NCBI GenBank assembly: GCA_009602735.1
Contig: WELA01003365.1
Location: 377,491-441,361, forward strand
Direction of reading: 5' to 3'
DNA length: 63,871 nucleotides
Source: Mesotaenium endlicherianum
Lineage: Eukaryota
Below the pieces are notes generated by a model. That model saw nothing but the letters and a program-made list of their open reading frames with translations, made no database searches and was not told the DNA's origin. The position numbers and the translations under genes were made by a program. This document shows, piece by piece, positions 37,700-55,547 of the stretch; the first letter of the stretch is position 1; each line of letters starts with the position of its first letter.

Positions 37700-38255
37700 A
37701 ATTACTCACCTTACTGCATTTTGTATGGAAGAAGCCTAGTGGTGCCCATCAGCATCAAATTGAAAGTGAAGCAGGTGAAAGACGTGGACGTACTGAAGAG
37801 TTGTTATGCGCCAGAAGACCTTGTTTAAGCGCATGATGCCAACCGCTCTTGACAATCAGAAGATTGCACGGAAGTGGGACACTCAGCGCTACGCTTACGC
37901 AATGAATGGACGCTAGCGGCAGCAAATGACGCAAGTCTAACAAGAAGATTTCGTATATCAGAAGCAACAACCTAAGGCCACTATTGATGTCATCTAAGGT
38001 GCAGTAAGTTGAACATCCATTTGCAAACGGTCTGCTAGAATTGGAAGATTCAGGTGGCAAAATCATCCGATTTCATGTGCGGAGTTAGTTCTTTGTGCCA
38101 AGTATTAGATATCAATCTATGTAGTGGCAATGAGGAACTTTTGGCAAGACAATGAAAATGTCCTGATTACCATAAAATCCCTCACACGGAATGCTGGAAA
38201 ATAAAAGTTGCTTCCACTTGAAGTGCGAGACGCCCCAGCTGAATGGGAGGGGAGT
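37700..38255 (+). pseudogene. Fossil Gypsy integrase tail plus PHD remnant and purine tract (related to A)
   Basis: YSPYCILYGR, LFKRMMPTALDNQKIARKWDTQRYA, NGLLELEDSGGK and FHLKCETPQL match element A SPYFLLYGR, LFQRLMPMAMDNLSIAQHRDTLRYA, SGVLELEGADG and FHIGCLDPPL. GGGAGGGGAG follows. Confidence 0.8.
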
Positions 38256-38269
38256 AAGAAGAATTAGAG

Positions 38270-38975
38270 TGTAATGAATCAGTATATTGGATAGATATAA
38301 TATTCATTTATACATAATAATTAACTAACGTAAGCTTGTTGAACTCTAGGTAATATTTAGTTTGCTGGATATTTGATACTAAGTTGAATGTCTTAGCCGA
38401 GAGCAGCAGGCTGAAGTCAATTAGGTCAGCCTGTTGACTTAGGTCAGCTTGCTGACACATTCTTTGACAATAAACTGGCTGCCGTACTCGGCAGCACCGA
38501 ACTTTTTAGCTATGCATCTAAGTGTGGTGTGCTAGATGAGTGGCCAGATGACACCCCTAAGGTGGATGGCAATTCGGGATGATGGGAGATGGCTGTGGAT
38601 TTGGTTAGTCGAGGTCCTACCAACGTGGTTAACTCCCGGGTAGGCGGTGCCATTGCACTTGCTGTTGAACAGTAAATTCATTCCATGTACATATGCTAGG
38701 TATTGCTCTCGAGTTCGGCATTCGGAAACGGGGCCAACTCTCTTATACTGCTTACTGAGAGATATCTGAATCCAAGGCGAGAAGCCATTGATACGCACTG
38801 TCTTCTAGCCTTGCTTATGTATGAGTTTATTGATTGCATTATTGATGCTAGTGTACTTGCATTTGACTTGCTAATATTGCTCACTGCTAGCGTGTCAACA
38901 TACTTTAAAGATTACTCGCTGATATAAAGATTATTATTGATTGTTAATCGCCTATTGGTAAGTCGATTCATTTTA
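38270..38975. mobile_element. Solo LTR, family C (706 bp)
   Basis: Homologous to 27628-28326; TSD TAGAG (38265-38269 and 38976-38980); terminal CA mutated to TA. Confidence 0.9.
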
Positions 38976-38980
38976 TAGAG

Positions 38981-40620
38981 GTAACTCAAATTTTTTGCAA
39001 AACATTGGAACCTTTGAGAGAAAGGGTAAAAGTGAGCTTAATGCGTAAATATTGAGCCTACTGATAAAGAACTTGACTTTTGCTAGTTCAAGTCAACACA
39101 AAAGTGGAGTCAACCAGGTGTGGCCATCGACCGAGACACGTACAATCTTAACCTTTGGAGATTAACCAGGTTGACAATCCACGTGCGAGAGCCACCGATA
39201 AAGGTCGACCAGGTCGACAGCATACATTGTCGAACAATGACTGACACAGATAGGCACAACAATTGTTGCGACCGGCAATTATTGACTGTCTAACACGCGC
39301 TGGAAAGTCACAGCGAGTCAAGGGACGGCACAGAGACCTGTTGACCACAGGAGACCAGGCCAGGTTGACTTGACAAGGTCTTCCTAAATCCTGGGCCTTT
39401 GATTTTGTCATGCGTGATATATAACATGTACATTTTGACAACCGTAAGATAAGTGGGGAAAGACACTCTAAGATGGGTAGGAGGTGCAGGCATGTCATAA
39501 GTGGGGATGACCACAACAAGGTCAGAGATGGCAACGGCACACCTGACAAGCATGACATAATTGAAGTGGACAACAATGTCAGGACTTGGTCCACTAGCAG
39601 GACAGCCACGACAGGGAGGTCACGGCAGCAAAATTCCAGGTTAGTAACTACGTACACTCAGCCGCATCCTGAGAGACAAGCTAACTACGGGCAACTTTAA
39701 AGGGACAGCACAAAAAGGCTTGGTGATGCAAGCATAAGTTCTAAGAAGTTGTTTTGTCAATTTTTGCATGTACAATCATGAGGAAAACACAAGCACATAC
39801 CATATATAATTGTATGTTCACGAAGGAGAGGAGGGAGAGTGCGAAAGAGATGAAGGCATTCCTAAGGCAACGAGGAGTCCAAGAGCCACGCTTTTGCCGA
39901 CGTTTTTAGGGCTCCCTTTCCCGTCACAATAAAATTCGTGAATAAGTTAGCGTTCAAGAGTTATCTACACAGGATTTGACTCCTTGCCTGCAAATTTGAT
40001 ATTCTAGGCACTTCTTGAATATAAATTAGGACAAACACCAGAGTGTGCGAAGGATGCATAAGGTGGTGAGGTGTTTGTTTGATTTCAAGTTCTCTGAAGT
40101 CCTTTGTACTAGAGCAAGTTCTTTGATTAAGTTCTCAGTGAACAACTGAGAAAGATAGGCTTTCAGTGAGAAATTGATAAGTATAATCAAGGGCAAACAA
40201 CCCCTGCCAAAGCAAGAGGTTGCTGTAGGTTCATAACTGCAAGTTTGCCTGACGAGGCGACTTTTCTCTGCTTCCGATCAATCTTGCATCGCTTGTACTT
40301 GATTTTTTGCAAACTACAAAAATTTCTGTGAAACCGTCGACATGGGCAAAGAGCCCGCTTGAAAGTAAGAAGAACCAAATGCATCCTTGTAGAATTCTTG
40401 AAGAAATGGTGAAAGTGAGGTAAGTGTGTAAGTAGTAAGCCTGTTGATCAAGAACTTGGTTTTTGTCAATTCAGGTCAACACAGGAGCAGAGTCAACCAG
40501 GTCTGGACATTCCTAATCACACGTAGGAGTCAACCTTTGGACATTCAACCTCACACTTGTGGACAACCAACGACGGTACCGGAATTACCGACGCGCGTAG
40601 GCACGGTCAAGAGGCTCCTT
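38981..40620 (+). repeat. Repeat block, probable decayed 3' LTR (family D)
   Basis: Inverted homologue of 14760-16532; internal repeat (GAGTCAACCAGGT at about 39108 and 40490). The outer boundary is approximate. Confidence 0.6.
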
Positions 40621-41954
40621 TTTAACTTCATTTTACCACCTCCACGTTTCTTCACGACATTATCAAGGTGATGTGGAGTGTGCACCAGCGTGTACTCCTT
40701 ATAACGACCACACTTTGCCCCTTCCGATGTCCGTACCTTGAGAGTCGTGACCATTTCTGCGCCAGTTCTGCATTCTGGCCCCTGACTCCTGAGGTCAGGT
40801 ATTGGCCAAAAGGTCCTTGCCACATGGTCTAGACTCTAGTGCCTACAGTCCGAAAACGGCTTTTGTCCTATTGCCACTTTGCACCACTTTGTAGATGCAC
40901 CGTTGTCACGTGTTTACGCCTTTTCCCACCTTTTCAACCGGATTCCAAATTAATTTCAGTTTATCGCCCATTCCTGAAGGCTAAATGGTACGCTATAGTC
41001 CTCATATGAGAAGCAATTCGAAGCCAGCGAACGACTAAACAACTATAAAGTACCTGGACAAATCCGGGATCGACCGCCCGCACTGCCTACCTGCTGACCG
41101 CTTCAAGCAGCTACAAGAGCAAGGTGAACCTAGACCTGGTCGGAACAGAAGTATGAATCTCTTTAGATAGGGCACCTGGAAACGTATGAACTTACTGGGG
41201 ATTGCGGATACCTGCTGGTTTTTGCAGACCTGGCGCTACAACCAGTGTGAAGCAACTTGGGTGGAAAGTGACATGATACCCTTGTAACTTAGCTCATTAG
41301 AAAACTGAAGACGCTTCGTAACCAACACTGCACTGCCCGGTATTCACTTCTGAACGAATACTAGAGGACTGCTTCGAGTATACTTATAAGAGGGAGAAGC
41401 CAACGAGAGTGGGAACACTGCGCGGTAGAATATAGCGTTCATGCGCTTGTAAATTTGGCCACTGCAATCGAGCATTTTGGTCCCCTAATGGATAATATGG
41501 GACACGGGTCTAGTTCCAACAGTAAGTCACTCAGCTTACTTATCACGTTATGCTCTGTACGTATTCTTAGGTAGCCTGTTCACATGCAGTAGAACTAAGT
41601 AGTAACGTTTAATGAGCTTCTTAATTGTCTGGGAACCCTACAGACCTACGTGGCTTACTGCTCATTTTCCAATACTAAGCACTTCTCTTACCCTCAGCAA
41701 CAGACCTTGAACTAGACAGTGCCATACGTCCAATGTACGTGCGTCACAGAGCTGAAAGATGTCGAGCACCTTAATGGTCGGTGAATAACAGCAGGTCCTT
41801 GTATGTGCTCTGTGACGAGCTCCCGTTATCAAACTAGGTCACCTGTGAGTTGGCCCAGCGCCGTGCATGATCCAAGTTATGGTCCGAGCGGACCTGAACC
41901 CTGAAAGGTTGATTTACTGAACTATGTAGCTTCTGATGCTGATGCTGAAGACGC

Positions 41955-43813
41955 ATGGGAGAACTTTCTCGTGTACTGTTGTGTGCAGACAGTTCATCAA
42001 TGTCCCATCACCACATGCACATGTCATTCTACTGGAGCGAAAAGGCCACCATCCTCTTCGACCAATGGACAACGCAGTCCATGGCGTCCTACTGGGCGGC
42101 AATGCTGTTGACTTTCCTCTTCTGCATCCTCCACGAGTGGTTGACTACAAGCAGAGTGAGGGTGGCAGCCCCAGCAAGGACACCTTTGATGAAAGACGAA
42201 ATGGTGGAACGCTCCGACTCAGAGCAAGGCCCAATGCCCTTGTAATTATTCCCACCCCAGCCTCCACCTTTTCTCCCCAACTTATCCCTTGTCAGTGTCT
42301 CATTCTTGCTGTCCTGTACTGTCTGTCGCATACTTCCTAATTTATAGCAGCTGCCTCTGTCCCCCTTACTGCTTCAGACGCATACTTTGACAATATATTC
42401 CTCAATAATCTTTGGGCAAACTTCATATCCCTAACGCACCCAATTAACCACCGTTTACCCACCCACTGCCCCCTCCCCCNNNNNNNNNNNNNNNNNNNNN
42501 NNNNNNNNNNNNNNNNNNNNNNNNNNNNNNNNNNNNNNNNNNNNNNNNNNNNNNNNNNNNNNNNNNNNNNNNNNNNNNNNNNNNNNNNNNNNNNNNNNNN
42601 NNNNNNNNNNNNNNNNNNNNNNNNNNNNNNNNNNNNNNNNNNNNNNNNNNNNNNNNNNNNNNNNNNNNNNNNNNNNNNNNNNNNNNNNNNNNNNNNNNNN
42701 NNNNNNNNNNNNNNNNNNNNNNNNNNNNNNNNNNNNNNNNNNNNNNNNNNNNNNNNNNNNNNNNNNNNNNNNNNNNNNNNNNNNNNNNNNNNNNNNNNNN
42801 NNNNNNNNNNNNNNNNNNNNNNNNNNNNNNNNNNNNNNNNNNNNNNNNNNNNNNNNNNNNNNNNNNNNNNNNNNNNNNNNNNNNNNNNNNNNNNNNNNNN
42901 NNNNNNNNNNNNNNNNNNNNNNNNNNNNNNNNNNNNNNNNNNNNNNNNNNNNNNNNNNNNNNNNNNNNNNNNNNNNNNNNNNNNNNNNNNNNCCCCCCCA
43001 ACTCAGTCAAAATCTATGTGTTCACATTTCTTTTACAGTCACCAACTCCCAGCCTCAACTCTAAGGCCCCTCCTGCAGCCAATGTATCACAAGGGTTCAC
43101 CCTTGGTTGTCACGCCAAACCATACTTTGAGGCTTACAAACGTGCTGCTACACATGTTAGTCTGGCGTATGCTGCTGTGCATGAAAACATTCAGCTTCAG
43201 AGAGTGTCACTAACCCCTCAGCCGCCTTGAAACAATCTATTCAGACTAATTTCTACCCTCCCAAACGAAGCACCTCACGAAGTTGCTGAGGTTTTGTTTT
43301 CCCATTAATATTGTCGCACCGAGCACTTTCAACAGTAGTCTACAAGGGTCAGAAGCAGACCCTTTTTGCTGGCACCAGATCTCCAGGGGTACGAACAAAA
43401 GAGCAGGGTGATGCTGTTATCTCCTCGCATGTCGCTGCCCTGCATCTAAAATTGCATCCCCAGCAGGTGCCCAGCATGTTACGATGAAATGAGTGTGCCC
43501 CTCCCACACAAGATGTTGCAGTGCTCAATACTAGGAATTGCCGTGAAAAGCGGGCGAGGCTTATAGGATGTGGCGCTTGTGTCAACCTATCTGCAGGTTG
43601 TCCGATGGGCAAGCACCCGTAAGCGGAATCAGGCGAGCTGGCGCAACGCTTCTGTATGGCCTGAATGCGGCCAGCAGCTACATTATTATGTTGATAATTA
43701 TGACCTTCAATATGGGCTTATTCTTTAGCGTTGTGTTAGGTTTATCTACTGGCTTCTTTCTCTTTGGGTTCTCGAGAGTAGGATCTTCTTCTCAGCTTTG
43801 TCACGCCTCTTAG
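41955..43813 (+). CDS. COPT: CTR/COPT family copper transporter
   Basis: Exons 41955-42241 and 43597-43813 join in frame. His/Met-rich MSHHHMHMSFYW..ILFDQW N-terminus; MLIIM-x12-GLSTG is the MxxxM-x12-GxxxG signature; C-terminal LCH. The start could be the Met at 42000. The intron contains an N gap. Confidence 0.93.
42480..42992. other. Assembly gap (N run) in the COPT intron
   Basis: Run of N flanked by poly-C. Confidence 0.99.
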
Positions 43814-45399
43814 TAACTTATTGCGGGCTTTCTTAGACGCATCCATTTACGCCATAGCTAGTCCAGCCGTCACTAATCTTTAGGGTTAGTGAGCCGTAAG
43901 TAGCCCTGTCGTGAGATCACTCGTCTCCCAAGGCCTACCTCACTTCATCACGTCCATAGTAGCAGATCTTAACGTCCCCGCACAATGTACATATAATCGA
44001 CAAATGTAACGTCAATGCATCTCTAAGTTTCAAATGGATTTACAAGTAATGCAACCTGTGCTTGCTTGTTGCGAACAAGTAGTCATCCTCACTAGGTCAG
44101 TCTCAAAGCGCTTGCACCCTCCCATCTACGATCTGGAGGGACGACTTATAGGTACACTTTGGTCCAGCATTTTCTTGCTCATTTCCAAAGAACTTACAGT
44201 GAGTGTATGGTAAGTCTTACCAACCTCTATCATACACCATTGGGACCCTGTCAATCCGTATGGCAAAGGTGAGGTAAGAGCCGCAGTATCCGATAAGTGA
44301 AAGTAGTGGGTTCAGCCCTGCCTGCTTAAGCATCTGCACACGTGTGTTTTGATAACCAAAACAATACACTCACTTCCTGCAGTCCATTAGCACACCGTAT
44401 TGTGTAGACATGTTCAATGTCACACCGTATAGCTGCAAATTGATAAGCCTGATGTTTCTTGACGCTGAGATAACAAGCATGTACTTTGCACCAGTATAAC
44501 TTGTCTTGGCCTGCTCAAGCACAGATTCTTAATATAGCAGCACCCTACTATAATCCTTTGTTGAGAAGTCTCAATGCACGATCTTGGTTGTAGTCATTGC
44601 CTGCAGGAAGGTGTGCAAGCGGCGCTACAACTACGCCAGTGGAGGGCGAAGGATGTACACAAAAATTACAGCTGTGAGACAATAGCAAAATGAAAACCAT
44701 GACTTTCTTTGTGCATTCTACACAGCTCAGATATGCTTTGAACAACTAGCCCAAAGTGTGTGGATGTACATCTGCAAGGTTTACGATTGAGTAGCATTGT
44801 GATTACTAGCCAAAAAGATGGAATTACAACATGCGTTCCTTTTGTCGAGCTGTCAGGTGTATGGTATGCTTTTGAACTGAATTGAAGTGCCTGCAATGCC
44901 TTACAGAGAGGCGCAAGAGTGTCACGAATGGCGATCATATAAAGAACGCAACAGGGTAATCACTGCAGGGAGAATCACTACCGACATCAAGGAAGCATGT
45001 TGCACAAATGTGGACTTTAATAAATATGACAGATTGCCTGCATGCTCTGGAGTCTGACTTACAACGCAATAAGATGCAAATAAGAAAATTGAAACTTCGA
45101 CATCCACATGGGTTTAGGCCCACATTCCAATTGTTTGCCATTGCTAGTGCTGTATATCGTGGGTAAGCCAGCAGATGGCTGTTGACATCATTAGTTCCGC
45201 AGGTATTTGAGGGTAATCAAGACTTGGTCTAGGATATTATTGCTCTGCTACATTCAGAATGTTGAATACTATTTACGCCAAGCTGTATATATTCCTATTG
45301 CCCTTCCATAAGGTGCCGCAGGTATTTTGGATAAGATGAAAGACCTAAGATATGCCTGGGCCTATGCACAGGCCAAAGTTGACATTTTTGAACGAGCAT

Positions 45400-52560
<7,161 letters not shown>

Positions 52561-53555
52561 CAACTAGTCTTGTCAAAGCACATACTCATCTACAGCACAG
52601 GTCTGATGGTGATTAAAAAGCTAGGTTGTAACAGAGAAAGATGAAGGAATAGAAACTTAACTGTAATTGAGGAGGTGAGGGCTAATATACCATAAGATAC
52701 AGAAGAATGTTACCATATGTTGCATACATAATTAACTGCTACAGCATCCGATACGTTCAAGAGCAGACGAGCCTGCATATGATATGTAGCCTATCAATTG
52801 CAAGAGTCACATTATAAATAACAGTACTGTAACAGGAAAAAACCTTGTGGTCAGATTAACTACTCCGAAATTGCACATGGCTTTGAACTTAAGCTATTAT
52901 AGGAAAGAATGCTATAATCTCCTGAGATTTGTCTAACAACTGGTGCCCTGCACATGACCAAGCGTACACATTGCCCATGCCTCAGAGTGCACTTACGGTG
53001 CCAATCTCTGGACAAAGCGAAGAGCCCTATCGATCATACTCCTTGTTCTACTCGTTCTAAGATCACTGCCAGATCGAAGCGCAAGTGCTAACAAATCAGG
53101 GAGCGAGCGATATGCACCAACGTGTGTGCATCGACCGAATCAACATATAGGAGAGCACCCACGGCGGTCCTTGCCAGCATGAATAAAGCAAGATTAGCTT
53201 AGTTCGCCTCTTTGCGTAGCACATGGATTACAGTCTTCATCCTTGCTTGTTTGTGTCACCACCTTCTCCATCGTGCAATCTGCCTTTATTGTCGTTACAA
53301 TACTAGTCCTGATTGTGTAGTTGTTCTGCTGCTGAATACCGGACGTGTTTGCGATTTCATTTTTTAAGTATCCAAGCCCGTAAGTTCCTACCAGAAACGT
53401 TTTTTTGCTTATACTACGACAGAGTAGTTGTTCCTCCCGACGGCAGGATGTAACACAATAACGCGTAGTTTTTATTGCAAAAGCCACGATAGTAAGTCTA
53501 CTATGAAATGCCGGACGAGTTGTTGTGAAATTTCTTCTGGAGACTAACAAAGACC

Positions 53556-55513
53556 ATGAGCAAGATTACCGTGTATAAGAAACTCAGATTCGGTTGTAAG
53601 AGAAGGCTCAAATCAAATACTCGTCCCAAGCAAGTGCTCTCTAGGAAAGTACGTGCAACTTTCAGGGCACATGTCATGAAGGGAAACCATAATCATAGAC
53701 AGGGCGTTTGCATTACTGATGGTGGAGAGGGACCAGCAGCTGGTAATGGACATGTGGAGGCTGAGGCCAAGCAGAGAAGCAGGGGCCATCCATCATGCCA
53801 TCAATCAGATCTGGAGTCAATTGAAGTCAATCTTGCGGAGGAGCCAAGTGCGCAGCAGATTCTAGGAGGCGAAGGTGTGCTTGCTTTACAATATCTTGAC
53901 AGTGCTACTGCTGAAGATGTTCAGGAAGCTGGCCTCCTCTGGGTACCAGTCTTATCTTCCCTGCTTTGCAACAACTCCCACGCAGTCGCGAGCCAGCAGA
54001 ATGCTCGCACGCTGGACCCAGCCAGGTACCCTGACGAGCAGCAGGAAAGAGCGGCCAACTGGGCCAAGAGGAGAAGCAGTTCCAATGTTGCAGAGTGGAC
54101 AGCTCTTGCCATCAATCGAGTCCATTATGGGTGGAATCGCACGGCAGGGAGTCGTCGAGAGGCGATGCTGGCAGATCTCCACGCCAAGCGTCAGACACGT
54201 GGCGGCAGGGAGGGCCTCAGAAGCATGAGCAAGGGTAAGCAGAGCGCCCCGAAGATGCTGAACCCGGGGTTCAGGCGGATGGCCCAGAAGCCGGGCAAAA
54301 CTTCCAGGGAGGATGAAGCTCAAGAGGCGCCTGTGGGGCCCACAGGGTGCTCCCTTCAGGTTCAAGACAGGCTGCTGCTTGAAAACGGCGAGGAGATAAG
54401 GACATACACGCGCCGCGCAAAGAGGAAGGACTCCCTGACCCCACCAGAGCAGCTATCGCATGAGGACCAACATCGCAACGGAGAGGAGGGCAACGCCAGC
54501 ACTGATGGTGATGGCGATGGTGCAGCACATCTCCAGAGCGACTCCGGCATGACTCAAGTTACGGTTCTGCTGTCAGATGCAGTCACCAGGGCAGAGGTGG
54601 AAGGGGAAGTCACGTGCCGCAGGGTCGAGCCTGAGCGGGCCAGTCTTGTTAGGAGACAGCTGCGACCCAGGAGCTCCTTGAGCGCGAGCACACCGTCATC
54701 GCCTGCTCTGCGTGCCTCAGGTGAGGCCCCCACCGGAGAGCTCCGAGTGCGAAGAGGCCCCGACCGCCCCGGCAGGCCAGCATTGTCGGCAGCCTATGCG
54801 CTCGCACTCCGTAGACAAGGCCAGGTGCTCAGCAGAAGCGAATGCAGAAGCAGACTTGGAATTGGAAGCAGAAGCAGAATTGGAATTGGAATCGGAAGCA
54901 GAAGGGGAAGCGGCAGCGGAAGTGGTGGCAATCTTTCGCAGCGCGCACAAGATGCAGCAAAGGGAACTGGTGATGCCGAGCACATTGTGGTGTACACTAG
55001 GAGAGCCAAGAGGCAGGCCCGGGACGAGGACGAGCTGCTGCTCCGCAAGCCTGGGCAGGCCCTGAGCCTGCCCCTGAGCCTCCTCCTGCAGAAGCAGAAG
55101 AAGAAGAGAAAGAAGCCGGAGGAGCTCACGGGGCACCACGCCGAGCATGCAGAGCATCCAGCTGGCGGGAGCCGCTCCTCCGGAGGCTTCTCCGCATCAT
55201 ACAGCGTGAGAGTTGTCTCTGGAGGGGCACGCGTTCCTTCTGAGGAGGCCGTTGAGGTTGTTGAGGTTGTTGAGGTTCCAGTGGTGCTGCACATAGGGGA
55301 TGAGCTGGAGAGCGTGCCTGCGCCTGGAGGAAGCTCCCATAAGAAAGCCAGGAGGACCCCCGGCACTCAGAAGGCCCCGGAGGCTTATTCTTATGCAGCG
55401 CTTGCATCTTCATCTGCTGGAGAGTCAGGCGCTCGGAGCCCAGGTGGCGCGCCTACAGGCTCGGGGCCTGGGGAGAGCGAGGGTCTGAAGCAGCCGCAGC
55501 AGCAGCACCGCTG

Positions 55514-55547
<34 letters not shown>

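Noticed and set aside
14760..40620. Giant DNA transposon with long terminal inverted repeats
   Set aside because: No transposase, no TSD, and the arms are strongly diverged. Each arm follows a Gypsy integrase tail and purine tract, so inverted LTR remnants explain it better.
44255..44330. tRNA-derived SINE head (A-box-like and GGTTCA B-box-like words)
   Set aside because: The boxes are degenerate, with no cloverleaf, tail or TSD.
53194..53550. 118-aa ORF divergent from the SAM gene
   Set aside because: No recognisable motif, non-ATG start, and it lies in a likely promoter or UTR.
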